A DNA stretch of 64,000 nucleotides from Escherichia coli (GTDB lineage: Bacteria > Pseudomonadota > Gammaproteobacteria > Enterobacterales > Enterobacteriaceae), in NCBI RefSeq assembly GCF_011045215.1, contig NZ_CP049201.1; one strand, 5' to 3'. Shown piece by piece: positions 23,509 to 33,614 of the stretch. The notes beneath the pieces are model-generated. The model was given only the letters and a program-made list of their open reading frames with translations. It did no database searches and had not been told where the DNA came from. Positions within the stretch are counted from its first letter, which is position 1, and each line of letters opens with the position of its first letter. Made by a program: the position numbers and the translations under genes.

Positions 23509-24870
23509 ATGATGCAAACCGTTTTAGCGAAAATCGTCGCAGACAAGGCGATTTGGGTAGAAGCCCGCAAACAGCAGCAACCGCTGGCCAGTTTTCAGAA
23601 TGAGGTTCAGCCTAGCTCGCGACATTTTTATGATGCGCTACAGGGTGCGCGCACGGCGTTTATTCTGGAGTGCAAGAAAGCGTCGCCGTCAAAAGGCGTG
23701 ATCCGTGATGATTTCGATCCAGCACGCATTGCCGCCATTTATAAACATTACGCTTCGGCAATTTCGGTGCTGACTGATGAGAAATATTTTCAGGGGAGCT
23801 TTGATTTCCTCCCCATCGTGAGCCAAATCGCCCCGCAGCCGATTTTATGTAAAGACTTCATTATCGACCCTTACCAGATCTATCTGGCGCGCTATTACCA
23901 GGCCGATGCCTGCTTATTAATGCTTTCAGTACTGGATGACGACCAATATCGCCAGCTTGCAGCCGTCGCCCACAGTCTGGAGATGGGTGTGCTGACCGAA
24001 GTCAGTAATGAAGAGGAACTGGAGCGCGCCATTGCATTGGGGGCAAAGGTCGTTGGCATCAACAACCGCGATCTGCGCGATTTGTCGATCGATCTCAACC
24101 GTACCCGCGAGCTTGCGCCGAAACTGGGGCACAACGTGACGGTAATCAGCGAATCTGGCATCAATACTTACGCTCAGGTGCGCGAGTTAAGCCACTTCGC
24201 TAACGGCTTTCTGATTGGTTCGGCGCTGATGGCCCATGACGATTTGCACGCCGCCGTGCGTCGGGTGTTGCTGGGCGAGAATAAAGTGTGTGGCCTGACG
24301 CGTGGGCAAGATGCTAAAGCTGCTTATGATGCGGGGGCGATTTACGGTGGGTTGATTTTGGTTGCGACATCACCGCGTTGCGTCAACGTTGAACAGGCGC
24401 AGGAAGTGATGGCTGCGGCACCGTTGCAGTATGTTGGCGTGTTCCGCAATCACGATATTGCCGATGTGGTGGACAAAGCTAAGGTGTTATCGCTGGCGGC
24501 AGTGCAACTGCATGGTAATGAAGATCAGCTGTATATCGATACGCTGCGTGAAGCTCTGCCAGCACACGTTGCCATCTGGAAAGCATTAAGCGTCGGTGAA
24601 ACCCTGCCCGCCCGCGAGCTTCAGCACGTTGATAAATATGTTTTAGACAACGGCCAGGGTGGAAGCGGGCAACGTTTCGACTGGTCACTATTAAATGGTC
24701 AATCGCTTGGCAACGTTCTGCTGGCGGGGGGCTTAGGCGCAGATAACTGCGTGGAAGCGGCAAAAACCGGCTGCGCCGGGCTTGATTTTAATTCTGCTGT
24801 AGAGTCGCAACCGGGCATCAAAGACGCACGTCTTTTGGCCTCGGTTTTCCAGACGCTGCGCGCATATTAA
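23509..24870 (+). CDS. trpC: Indole-3-glycerol phosphate synthase / phosphoribosylanthranilate isomerase
   Basis: 453-aa ORF beginning [16 protein letters not shown]. Confidence 0.97.
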   Translation: MMQTVLAKIVADKAIWVEARKQQQPLASFQNEVQPSSRHFYDALQGARTAFILECKKASPSKGVIRDDFDPARIAAIYKHYASAISVLTDEKYFQGSFDFLPIVSQIAPQPILCKDFIIDPYQIYLARYYQADACLLMLSVLDDDQYRQLAAVAHSLEMGVLTEVSNEEELERAIALGAKVVGINNRDLRDLSIDLNRTRELAPKLGHNVTVISESGINTYAQVRELSHFANGFLIGSALMAHDDLHAAVRRVLLGENKVCGLTRGQDAKAAYDAGAIYGGLILVATSPRCVNVEQAQEVMAAAPLQYVGVFRNHDIADVVDKAKVLSLAAVQLHGNEDQLYIDTLREALPAHVAIWKALSVGETLPARELQHVDKYVLDNGQGGSGQRFDWSLLNGQSLGNVLLAGGLGADNCVEAAKTGCAGLDFNSAVESQPGIKDARLLASVFQTLRAY

Positions 24871-24881
24871 GGAAAGGAACA

Positions 24882-26075
24882 ATGACAACATTACTTAATC
24901 CCTATTTTGGTGAGTTTGGCGGCATGTACGTGCCACAAATCCTGATGCCTGCCCTGCGCCAGCTGGAAGAAGCTTTTGTCAGCGCGCAAAAAGACCCTGA
25001 ATTTCAGGCCCAGTTTAACGACCTTTTGAAAAACTATGCCGGACGCCCAACCGCGCTGACCAAATGCCAGAACATTACGGCTGGCACGAACACCACGCTG
25101 TACCTGAAGCGTGAAGATTTGCTGCACGGCGGCGCACACAAAACCAACCAGGTGCTCGGTCAGGCTTTGCTGGCGAAGCGAATGGGTAAAACCGAAATCA
25201 TCGCCGAAACCGGGGCTGGTCAGCATGGCGTGGCCTCTGCCCTTGCCAGCGCCCTGCTCGGCCTGAAATGCCGCATTTATATGGGGGCCAAAGACGTCGA
25301 GCGCCAGTCACCCAACGTTTTTCGTATGCGCTTAATGGGTGCGGAAGTGATCCCGGTGCATAGCGGTTCCGCAACGCTGAAAGATGCCTGTAACGAGGCT
25401 CTGCGCGACTGGTCCGGCAGTTATGAAACCGCGCACTATATGCTGGGTACCGCAGCCGGCCCACATCCTTACCCGACTATTGTCCGTGAGTTCCAGCGGA
25501 TGATTGGCGAAGAAACCAAAGCGCAGATTCTGGAAAGAGAAGGTCGCCTGCCGGATGCCGTTATCGCCTGTGTTGGCGGCGGTTCGAATGCCATCGGTAT
25601 GTTTGCAGATTTCATCAACGAAACCAACGTCGGCCTGATTGGTGTGGAGCCTGGTGGTCACGGTATCGAAACTGGCGAGCACGGCGCACCGCTAAAACAT
25701 GGTCGCGTGGGCATTTATTTCGGTATGAAAGCGCCGATGATGCAAACCGAAGACGGGCAGATTGAAGAATCTTACTCCATCTCCGCCGGACTGGATTTCC
25801 CGTCTGTCGGCCCACAACACGCGTATCTTAACAGCACTGGACGCGCTGATTACGTGTCTATTACCGATGATGAAGCCCTTGAAGCCTTCAAAACGCTGTG
25901 CCTGCACGAAGGGATCATCCCGGCGCTGGAATCCTCCCACGCCCTGGCCCATGCACTGAAAATGATGCGCGAAAACCCGGAAAAAGAGCAGCTACTGGTG
26001 GTTAACCTTTCCGGTCGCGGCGATAAAGACATCTTCACCGTTCACGATATTTTGAAAGCACGAGGGGAAATCTGA
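24882..26075 (+). CDS. trpB: Tryptophan synthase beta chain
   Basis: 397-aa ORF, PLP-enzyme motifs. Confidence 0.97.
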   Translation: MTTLLNPYFGEFGGMYVPQILMPALRQLEEAFVSAQKDPEFQAQFNDLLKNYAGRPTALTKCQNITAGTNTTLYLKREDLLHGGAHKTNQVLGQALLAKRMGKTEIIAETGAGQHGVASALASALLGLKCRIYMGAKDVERQSPNVFRMRLMGAEVIPVHSGSATLKDACNEALRDWSGSYETAHYMLGTAAGPHPYPTIVREFQRMIGEETKAQILEREGRLPDAVIACVGGGSNAIGMFADFINETNVGLIGVEPGGHGIETGEHGAPLKHGRVGIYFGMKAPMMQTEDGQIEESYSISAGLDFPSVGPQHAYLNSTGRADYVSITDDEALEAFKTLCLHEGIIPALESSHALAHALKMMRENPEKEQLLVVNLSGRGDKDIFTVHDILKARGEI

Positions 26076-26881
26076 TGGAACGCTACGAATCTCTGTTTGC
26101 CCAGTTGAAGGAGCGCAAAGAAGGCGCATTCGTTCCTTTCGTCACGCTCGGGGATCCGGGCATTGAGCAGTCATTGAAAATTATCGATACGCTAATTGAA
26201 GCCGGTGCTGACGCGCTGGAGTTAGGTATCCCCTTCTCCGACCCACTGGCGGATGGCCCGACCATTCAAAACGCCACTCTGCGCGCCTTTGCGGCAGGTG
26301 TGACTCCGGCACAATGTTTTGAAATGCTGGCACTGATTCGCCAGAAACACCCGACCATTCCCATTGGCCTGTTGATGTATGCCAATCTGGTGTTTAACAA
26401 AGGCATTGATGAGTTTTATGCCCAGTGCGAAAAAGTCGGCGTCGATTCGGTGCTGGTTGCCGATGTGCCTGTTGAAGAGTCCGCGCCCTTCCGCCAGGCC
26501 GCGTTGCGTCATAATGTCGCACCTATCTTCATCTGCCCGCCAAATGCCGATGACGACCTGCTGCGCCAGATAGCCTCTTACGGTCGTGGTTACACCTATT
26601 TGCTGTCACGAGCGGGCGTGACCGGCGCAGAAAACCGCGCCGCGTTACCCCTCAATCATCTGGTTGCGAAGCTGAAAGAGTACAACGCTGCACCTCCATT
26701 GCAGGGATTTGGTATTTCCGCCCCGGATCAGGTAAAAGCAGCGATTGATGCAGGAGCTGCGGGCGCGATTTCTGGTTCGGCCATTGTTAAAATCATCGAG
26801 CAACATATTAATGAGCCAGAGAAAATGCTGGCGGCACTGAAAGCTTTTGTACAACCGATGAAAGCAGCGACGCGCAGTTAA
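26075..26881 (+). CDS. trpA: Tryptophan synthase alpha chain
   Basis: 268-aa ORF beginning [28 protein letters not shown]; 1-nt overlap with trpB stop. Confidence 0.97.
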   Translation: MERYESLFAQLKERKEGAFVPFVTLGDPGIEQSLKIIDTLIEAGADALELGIPFSDPLADGPTIQNATLRAFAAGVTPAQCFEMLALIRQKHPTIPIGLLMYANLVFNKGIDEFYAQCEKVGVDSVLVADVPVEESAPFRQAALRHNVAPIFICPPNADDDLLRQIASYGRGYTYLLSRAGVTGAENRAALPLNHLVAKLKEYNAAPPLQGFGISAPDQVKAAIDAGAAGAISGSAIVKIIEQHINEPEKMLAALKAFVQPMKAATRS

Positions 26882-26888
26882 TCCCACA

Positions 26889-26915
26889 GCCGCCAGTTCC
26901 GCTGGCGGCATTTTA
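26889..26915 (+). terminator. trp operon terminator
   Basis: GCCGCCAG-TTCC-CTGGCGGC hairpin followed by TTTT immediately after trpA. Confidence 0.8.
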
Positions 26916-27261
26916 ACTTTCTTTAACGAAGCCGGAAAAATCCTAAATTCATTTTATATTTATCTTTTTACCGTTTCGCTTACCCCTGTCGAACGTCAAC
27001 TTACGTCATTTTTCCGCCCAACAGTAATATAATCAAACAAATTAATCCCGCAACATAACACCAGTAAAATCAATAATTTTCTCTAAGTCACTTATTCCTC
27101 AGGCAATTGTTAATATATCAAGAACGTTCCTCATAATATATTTTCCCACTTTCTTCTCGTTACGCTTAATTTGACTAATTCTCATTAGCGACTAATTTTA
27201 ATGAGTGTCGACACACAACACTCATATTAATGAAACAATGCAACGCAACGGGAGAAATAAC

Positions 27262-27441
27262 ATGGCCGAACATCGTGGTGGTTCAGGAAATTTCGCCGAA
27301 GACCGTGAGAAGGCATCCGACGCAGGCCGTAAAGGCGGTCAGCATAGCGGCGGTAATTTTAAAAATGATCCGCAACGCGCATCTGAAGCGGGTAAAAAAG
27401 GCGGTCAACAAAACGGTGGTAATAAATCAGGTAAATCCTGA
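27262..27441 (+). CDS. yciG: YciG, KGG-repeat stress protein
   Basis: ORF track 27205..27441; start taken at MAEHRGGSGNF (ATG 27262) with RBS GGAGAAATAAC; KGG repeats. Confidence 0.85.
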   Translation: MAEHRGGSGNFAEDREKASDAGRKGGQHSGGNFKNDPQRASEAGKKGGQQNGGNKSGKS

Positions 27442-27526
27442 TTCACCGTTAATTATTAATATCAGCTGATAAAGATAATTGCATCTGCGGGCCGTATGGC
27501 TCGCAGTGATTCCACTGGAGAAAAAT

Positions 27527-28027
27527 ATGAATATGAAGACCATTGAAGATGTATTTATTCACCTGCTTTCAGATACCTACAGCGCAGAAAAACAATTAAC
27601 CCGGGCACTGGCAAAACTCGCAAGAGCAACATCAAACGAAAAATTAAGTCAGGCTTTTCATGCGCACCTCGAGGAAACACATGGACAGATTGAACGTATT
27701 GATCAAGTTGTGGAATCAGAATCGAATCTGAAAATTAAGCGCATGAAATGTGTGGCAATGGAAGGTCTTATTGAAGAAGCTAATGAGGTCATCGAAAGTA
27801 CCGAGAAAAACGAAGTGCGTGATGCCGCACTGATTGCCGCAGCACAGAAAGTCGAGCACTATGAGATTGCCAGTTACGGGACATTAGCGACGCTGGCTGA
27901 ACAATTAGGTTACCGTAAAGCAGCGAAGCTTCTGAAAGAGACCCTGGAAGAAGAAAAGGCCACCGACATCAAACTGACTGATCTGGCCCTTAATAACGTA
28001 AATAAGAAAGCCGAAAATAAAGCCTGA
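27527..28027 (+). CDS. yciF: YciF, ferritin-like stress protein (DUF892)
   Basis: ORF track 27479..28027; recalled YciF begins MNMKTIEDVFIHLLSDTYSAEKQ, ATG at 27527. Confidence 0.9.
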   Translation: MNMKTIEDVFIHLLSDTYSAEKQLTRALAKLARATSNEKLSQAFHAHLEETHGQIERIDQVVESESNLKIKRMKCVAMEGLIEEANEVIESTEKNEVRDAALIAAAQKVEHYEIASYGTLATLAEQLGYRKAAKLLKETLEEEKATDIKLTDLALNNVNKKAENKA

Positions 28028-28072
28028 AATATGAACTTTAACTTTTAGTCATTTTATAAAGAGGACATTTTC

Positions 28073-28579
28073 ATGAATCGTATTGAACATTATCATGACT
28101 GGTTACGTGACGCCCATGCAATGGAAAAGCAAGCCGAATCTATGCTTGAATCCATGGCCAGCCGTATAGATAATTATCCTGAACTACGTGCTCGTATTGA
28201 ACAACATCTTAGTGAAACCAAAAACCAGATTGTTCAACTGGAAACTATTCTTGATCGTAATGACATTTCACGTTCAGTCATTAAAGATTCCATGAGTAAA
28301 ATGGCTGCGCTTGGGCAGTCAATCGGTGGTATATTCCCTTCTGATGAAATAGTCAAAGGCTCTATTAGCGGATATGTCTTCGAGCAATTTGAAATCGCCT
28401 GTTACACCTCTCTATTAGCAGCAGCAAAAAATGCCGGTGATACAGCCTCAATTCCGATCATCGAAGCGATTTTAAATGAGGAAAAGCAAATGGCCGACTG
28501 GCTGATTGAGCATATTCCGCAAACAACTGAGAAATTTTTAATTCGATCTGAAACTGATGGCGTAGAAGCGAAGAAATAA
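28073..28579 (+). CDS. yciE: YciE, ferritin-like stress protein (DUF892)
   Basis: 168-aa ORF MNRIEHYHDWLRDAHAMEKQ; paralogue of yciF. Confidence 0.9.
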   Translation: MNRIEHYHDWLRDAHAMEKQAESMLESMASRIDNYPELRARIEQHLSETKNQIVQLETILDRNDISRSVIKDSMSKMAALGQSIGGIFPSDEIVKGSISGYVFEQFEIACYTSLLAAAKNAGDTASIPIIEAILNEEKQMADWLIEHIPQTTEKFLIRSETDGVEAKK

Positions 28580-28603
28580 TACCCTTTATGCCATGTCCTT
28601 ATT

Positions 28604-28630
28604 GACCCCGTATATTACGGGGTCGTTTTT
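28604..28630. terminator. Terminator after yciE
   Basis: GACCCCGTA-TATTA-CGGGGTC hairpin followed by GTTTTT. Confidence 0.6.
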
Positions 28631-28638
28631 GTGCGGAA

Positions 28639-28764
28639 TTAAAAACGATATCCTGCTGAGAACATAAACACCCACGGATCGAGGCGTACGCTATCGTGTT
28701 GCTGTGCACCGCCCAGCTTATAATTGGCGGTGGTATCGATATCCATGTACCAGACTGACATGTT
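28639..28764 (-). pseudogene. ompW: 3' fragment of ompW (last 41 codons only)
   Basis: Minus-strand reading MSVWYMDIDTTANYKLGGAQQHDSVRLDPWVFMFSAGYRF-stop matches recalled OmpW C-terminus; in-frame stop and unrelated sequence immediately upstream. Confidence 0.8.
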
Positions 28765-28948
28765 TTAAAAAATGAAATAAGACATTGTATCTGAAAGAAA
28801 AAACAGGATTTTGAGGCGCTTTTTTATACCGTTTCTCCGTGTTTTTAACTGCCTGATTTTATTGAAATCTTTTTTAGTTTTGCAGAAAGGATTTTTTGCT
28901 CGATCGTTTTAATTTTATACATTCCTGATAACGGAAATTTTTTTGCCG

Positions 28949-29061
28949 TTGACAGTTTTTGTTCTCCGGGGCTATATTCCTCACACAACCGCAAAATCGG
29001 TTGTCGGGATTGGCGTCCCGGATGTTTACGGAGCGATATAAGACGCGCCCGCGTCTTTTTT
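28949..29061 (+). ncRNA. Candidate small RNA: sigma70-like promoter, about 75-nt structured transcript, intrinsic terminator
   Basis: TTGACA 28949-28954, 18-bp spacer, TATATT 28973-28978; two internal hairpins (CAACCG..CGGTTG, CGGGA..TCCCG); terminator AGACGCG-CCC-GCGTCT + TTTTT at 29041-29061. Confidence 0.3.
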
Positions 29062-29224
29062 CATATCGTTTGCACAGTCACATTCGCGATTTATGGCGGG
29101 CTGTGTGGGGGAGCCGAAAGGCTCGCCGGTTTCCGTACCCGGTTACGCCAACCCTGCACAGTTCGCCACCAGTTCGATTGGCGTCGTCGGTGGCGATAAT
29201 TTCCAAATGTACGGAGTTATCGTT

Positions 29225-29788
29225 ATGACCACTCAGATTTCTGTCGAAACTCTTTCCCCGATTACACACAATCAAATTCCCGTTATCACTACCGAGTTGC
29301 TGGCGCAGCTTTATGGCACGGACTCAGATAACATCAAAAAGAATTATTCGCGCAACGCAGATCGCTTTTGTGAAGGTAAGCACTTTTACAAGGTGATTGG
29401 CGATGAACTAAAGAATTTGCGGGTGACTTTAAGTCACTCACAAAATCCCATCTCTCCCAAAACTCGCTCCCTCATCCTCTGGACAGAACGCGGCGCAGCC
29501 CGCCATGCCAAAATGCTCGAAACCGATCAGGCGTGGGAAGTGTTCGAAAAACTGGAAGACTGTTATTTCAGCCATAAACAACCACCAGCAACACAAAACT
29601 CCCCCACCCCAAATGATGGATGCGCATTACTGATCCACTTCGATAAACACGGGCAGGTCGAGTTCACGGAAAAAGTCCCCGCCGATGCGATGGTATGCAC
29701 TCTGGAACGGTTTAAATTTTATCTGGAGCAACATGGGTGGATCGTTGCCCGTAAAGAACAATTGGTAGAAAGGTTGATGCGGTTTTAA
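29225..29788 (+). CDS. ORF6N-domain (KilA-N-like) protein
   Basis: ORF track 29093..29788; start taken at MTTQISVETLSPITHNQIPVITTELLAQLYG (ATG 29225); motif typical of ORF6N/antirepressor-like family. Confidence 0.6.
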   Translation: MTTQISVETLSPITHNQIPVITTELLAQLYGTDSDNIKKNYSRNADRFCEGKHFYKVIGDELKNLRVTLSHSQNPISPKTRSLILWTERGAARHAKMLETDQAWEVFEKLEDCYFSHKQPPATQNSPTPNDGCALLIHFDKHGQVEFTEKVPADAMVCTLERFKFYLEQHGWIVARKEQLVERLMRF

Positions 29789-29794
29789 TGAATG

Positions 29795-29828
29795 CAAAAC
29801 CCCGGATGATCACCGGGGTTGATTTTAT
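29795..29828. terminator. Bidirectional terminator between ORF6N gene and tail fibre assembly gene
   Basis: AACCCCGG-ATGATCA-CCGGGGTT hairpin flanked by A/T runs. Confidence 0.5.
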
Positions 29829-30403
29829 CGAGGATGATTGCCGCTAATCGTCATCTCTCTGATTGAGAGTAAATCATCCAAGTTATTCAGCTCTTGCTTC
29901 ATCTCCCGCTGGCGGCGATAAATCTCGTCATTGCGATCGACCTGCGCCTGAACCATTGCAGTAAGCAGCTCATCCAGTTGTTGCATTGACAACTTTACCT
30001 GCTGATTTTCCGCATCGCGCCATACCATGGTTTTCCGTGCCGTGACTGATTTTGCTGATATCACCACCGGGTAAAGACGGGCCATCGAATCCGGTCCCCC
30101 GTTCCAGCTATGACCGTTCCATTCAAAAATGAATGGCTGCGCCTCCTGCTCTGTACGCCATGCTTCAATTTCCCGGCGTTTGGCTGCTTTTGCTGCTTCC
30201 AGCATCTCTGGCGTGACGGTGAACGGCGTTATTTCTCCCCACTTGCCGCTTTGCAGTTCCTGCCAGACTCGCTGCCCTGTCTCTGCTGTATCCGTGGCAG
30301 TTGCCGTATACGGAACCGGTTCATCCATGCCATCAAACAACACCCCGCAGTCAATCGCGCCATTTTCAAGATAACGCGCATTTTCGATGCGTTTTATTTC
30401 CAT
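29825..30403 (-). CDS. Putative tail fibre assembly chaperone (Tfa-like)
   Basis: ORF track 29825..30436, start at MEIKRIENARYLENG (ATG 30403); immediately downstream of a fibre gene. Confidence 0.55.
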   Translation of the reverse strand: MEIKRIENARYLENGAIDCGVLFDGMDEPVPYTATATDTAETGQRVWQELQSGKWGEITPFTVTPEMLEAAKAAKRREIEAWRTEQEAQPFIFEWNGHSWNGGPDSMARLYPVVISAKSVTARKTMVWRDAENQQVKLSMQQLDELLTAMVQAQVDRNDEIYRRQREMKQELNNLDDLLSIREMTISGNHPR

Positions 30404-30410
30404 AAAACAC

Positions 30411-31835
30411 CTACGCAATACGTATGAACAAACCAATCATGACACTGGCTGACCCGGCAGACCCGAGTTCATCGCCTGACAGTGCACGATATGACCCCGG
30501 CATACCACCACCAGAACCCCGCACATATACGGAAACGCTGCCGTTATATCCAACCCCGCTACCGGTCGTGCCGTAACACATAAATTCAACCGCACTCAGG
30601 CGTGACCCCGGATAACTGTAACCGCGCTTTATCCGGCGGTCGGTGTCTGCGTCTCCCTTACCGTTATAAGCCGCCAGTACAAGACTGCCTGCACCGTACC
30701 AGCCGTCCGTGGTACCGGGAGCAATACCGGACAGAAGAGAGATAATGTCCTGTGAGGTAATCTTCAGATTTTCCCAGCCAGTCAGATAACCATTACCTGT
30801 TGTCCAGTAGCGGCTGTAATAAACATCGCCATTGATACCGTAGAAAATAATGGCCTTTGGTGTATATCGCGGTTCCGGTGGATTATTGCGTGCCTCAACC
30901 CACCGGATGCTGACCACCCCGTTAAACAACACACCTCCGGATATGATTTTACTGCCACCCTCAACAAAATATTCACCCGGCGTCGCATTCCTTACCCATG
31001 CCAGAAAATCATCCTCTGTGTTAAAACGGATGCGTTCTGCGGGCAGAAAAATATGCCCAAAACCAAATGCGCCAGGTGTCGCCAGACGGCCTTCAGTCCG
31101 GTCGCGAATGTCGCTCTGTGGCGTCATTGTGGCTGCGCTTTTCAGTCCAAGATTATCACGGGATTCCTGCTGAGCCTCTTCACCTTCATCAGCCAGCTCT
31201 GATAAACGATTCGCCGTTTTCAGTGTCGCAGATAACGCGGTGTCAATATCCTCCCTGACATGCTCTGCATCAGATGCAGCCTGTTTAGCAGCTTCAGCGT
31301 CCTTTTTTACCTCCTCGGCGGCATTCTCAACCTGTGAGACCAGATTTTCGGCCTGTTGTTTACCCTCCGCAACCGCGTCGGCGTTCTGCTGAACACCTTC
31401 CGCCAGTTTTTTTACCTCTTCTTTTTCCCGAGCGGCAGCGTCTGCATGTTGCCCTGCCTGTCGTTCGCTTTCTGTTGCAGTTTCCGCGCTCTGCTGCGCC
31501 TGCGCCACCAGTTCTTCGAACCGCTTAACAACATCCGGCTTCAGGTCGCCTTCATCGAGGGCAGTCAGAAAGTCGTTCAGCGTGCCAGGCTTTGAGTCGT
31601 CGTAAACCGAAATATCACCGACACAGTATTCCCTTTCAATACACGACCGAAGATAAACGTCATATTTTCCGGTCTGAGCTTCAAAAGCATATTCTCCTGC
31701 CGGACCTGTCACCACTGTCGCCACCGTTCTCATGACCACTGCGGATGTATTCTGTCTGGCTTTCAGAATAATATGGTATCCGGACATGGGGAGTCCCGCG
31801 CCATCCGTCAGCACACCCGAAATTAATACAGACAT
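30411..31835 (-). CDS. Side tail fibre (Stf-like): prophage tail-fibre N-terminal domain, Ala/Glu-rich coiled region, distinct C-terminal domain
   Basis: N-terminus ISGVLTDGAGLPMSGYHIILKARQNTS...SVYDDSKPGTLNDFL resembles recalled StfR/StfE N-domain. Confidence 0.7.
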   Translation of the reverse strand: MSVLISGVLTDGAGLPMSGYHIILKARQNTSAVVMRTVATVVTGPAGEYAFEAQTGKYDVYLRSCIEREYCVGDISVYDDSKPGTLNDFLTALDEGDLKPDVVKRFEELVAQAQQSAETATESERQAGQHADAAAREKEEVKKLAEGVQQNADAVAEGKQQAENLVSQVENAAEEVKKDAEAAKQAASDAEHVREDIDTALSATLKTANRLSELADEGEEAQQESRDNLGLKSAATMTPQSDIRDRTEGRLATPGAFGFGHIFLPAERIRFNTEDDFLAWVRNATPGEYFVEGGSKIISGGVLFNGVVSIRWVEARNNPPEPRYTPKAIIFYGINGDVYYSRYWTTGNGYLTGWENLKITSQDIISLLSGIAPGTTDGWYGAGSLVLAAYNGKGDADTDRRIKRGYSYPGSRLSAVEFMCYGTTGSGVGYNGSVSVYVRGSGGGMPGSYRALSGDELGSAGSASVMIGLFIRIA

Positions 31836-31859
31836 TTTTATTTCCTGATTCAGAAAACA

Positions 31860-32936
31860 TTAACCAAAATAATTGACGCCTTTTTTCTTGCCACTGGCTT
31901 TCCCCTTTGCAGAAATATCCGTGGCCAGCGACAGATTCAGCGAAAATCCCTGCACCGGTGACAACGAAAATTCCACTGACTCTGCCTGCCAGTTATGGTC
32001 CTCCCGTACCCCGAAGCCCCGTGTGATAAAGCGCACTTCCGCCCCCGCTTTCAGCAATACCGGTCGGCAGGGCAGCGTTATCGTCATCTGACGCCCCGCT
32101 TTCTGCACCCGCTTTACCTTCGACTGTGCACAATGTTCTGCCGTGCCCTGGTCTGGCTGGGTGAAGGGATGACGCTTGTCTGTGGACTCCACATCCACTT
32201 TAAGTTCACGCGTGCGACCATCAGACGGAGTAAAGTACCTGACACCAACCTTTCCCCCTTTTCCGCCTCCGGATGCCCCCTGCCGATCGCCCTCCCGGTA
32301 ATCCCAGTCTGACACCATATCCGGTGTGATAGTCATCACAGGGGCATCCCTGCCTCCGGTACTCTGCGACGCACCATACTCCAGAAATAACCAGTAACCG
32401 TTCGTCGGTTTACTGGTGGCACCGTACATCCCTGCAAGCCGGGAAAGCAGGGACGCATCCGACTCAGATGACTGCATCACCCACGGAATACGAATTTCCT
32501 CCAGTACCGGAGATACCCGCGCCACCAGATTATTTTCAGTGGCGATCGTTTTTACCAGGTCACCCAGCGTGACATCGCTGAAGGCGCGGGTTTTCAGTGC
32601 AGTCACATCTGCACCATGCCTGGACGCATTCATGGGGGCTGCGGTGGCATAAATGGTGATCCGGCGGGGAGGGCCACCGCTTGCCACCTGACAGACAGTA
32701 AAGCTACCCTTATTCACCAGACGTCCGTTAAACCCCAGCCCCAGCGTTAATACTGCGCCTTTCGGTGGCAATGCCAGCGTTTCACTGAACAGCGTTATCA
32801 TTAACTCATCAGCCCGCTTTGTGGCAGCACCATTATCGGTATAACGCAGTTCAGCCAGTCCGCGTTTTATTGCTTTCGTGATATCCTCGCCTTCCACCGT
32901 CAGACTGAAATCCGGCTGATATTCATTCAGTCCCAT
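31860..32936 (-). CDS. P2 gpD-like tail protein (late control D)
   Basis: 358-aa ORF downstream of U/X in a P2-like order. Confidence 0.75.
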   Translation of the reverse strand: MGLNEYQPDFSLTVEGEDITKAIKRGLAELRYTDNGAATKRADELMITLFSETLALPPKGAVLTLGLGFNGRLVNKGSFTVCQVASGGPPRRITIYATAAPMNASRHGADVTALKTRAFSDVTLGDLVKTIATENNLVARVSPVLEEIRIPWVMQSSESDASLLSRLAGMYGATSKPTNGYWLFLEYGASQSTGGRDAPVMTITPDMVSDWDYREGDRQGASGGGKGGKVGVRYFTPSDGRTRELKVDVESTDKRHPFTQPDQGTAEHCAQSKVKRVQKAGRQMTITLPCRPVLLKAGAEVRFITRGFGVREDHNWQAESVEFSLSPVQGFSLNLSLATDISAKGKASGKKKGVNYFG

Positions 32937-33145
32937 AACTGAAACGTCTCCTTCTCTTCCGGCTCATATGTCCAGTCCGGTAACACAATTTCCACCCCGG
33001 ACGGATACACCGGACCAAGGTCAGCCAGCCCGGGATTGGCTTCCAGTACCGCCGCCAGTGACTGGTTGAGCCCGGCGCTGCCGTAGTGTCTCTGACAGAT
33101 ATCATCCAGCATATCGCCGTCAGTGGTCCGCCAGTTTTTCGCCAT
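32927..33145 (-). CDS. P2 gpX-like tail protein (LysM-like)
   Basis: 72-aa ORF; DDICQRHYG...LEANPGLADLGPVYPSGVEIVLPD resembles recalled P2 X. Confidence 0.7.
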   Translation of the reverse strand: MAKNWRTTDGDMLDDICQRHYGSAGLNQSLAAVLEANPGLADLGPVYPSGVEIVLPDWTYEPEEKETFQLWD

Positions 33146-33614
33146 AGTATTTCAGCTCCAGTGTGAACGTTTTGTTTTTCGGCGCACCGCCGGGAAGAAA
33201 GGACGTGGTGTTATCTGAATAGGCGGTTACAACAAAATACCCCATCACATCCCCCGTCCCGGAAACCAGCAGATGCGGCGCAGGATTTTTATCCACCATC
33301 TGAACCAGCGTATCAAGGGCATCCATCCCCACACCGTCACGAAATCCCGCATGAACCATCCCTTCAAGGCTTATCGTTCTGGCCCCCTTACCGGTATACT
33401 GCAGCAGATCATTTTTTCCGATTAACTGCTGCTCATCCCATCGCCATTCCATGGTGCGCTTCATGGCGTTATACGCCGCTGAATCAATACTGAACTCAAA
33501 CTCACCAAACGACAGCATGACCCGCGAGGCCACATCGGTTAATGAACCAATCCTGTCCCATGCCCTGCGCTCAATCATGTTTGCGCCAAAGCCAACAAAA
33601 TCCACCATCATCAC
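33120..33614 (-). CDS. P2 gpU-like tail protein
   Basis: 164-aa ORF beginning MMMV, between tape measure and X. Confidence 0.65.
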   Translation of the reverse strand: MMMVDFVGFGANMIERRAWDRIGSLTDVASRVMLSFGEFEFSIDSAAYNAMKRTMEWRWDEQQLIGKNDLLQYTGKGARTISLEGMVHAGFRDGVGMDALDTLVQMVDKNPAPHLLVSGTGDVMGYFVVTAYSDNTTSFLPGGAPKNKTFTLELKYYGEKLADH

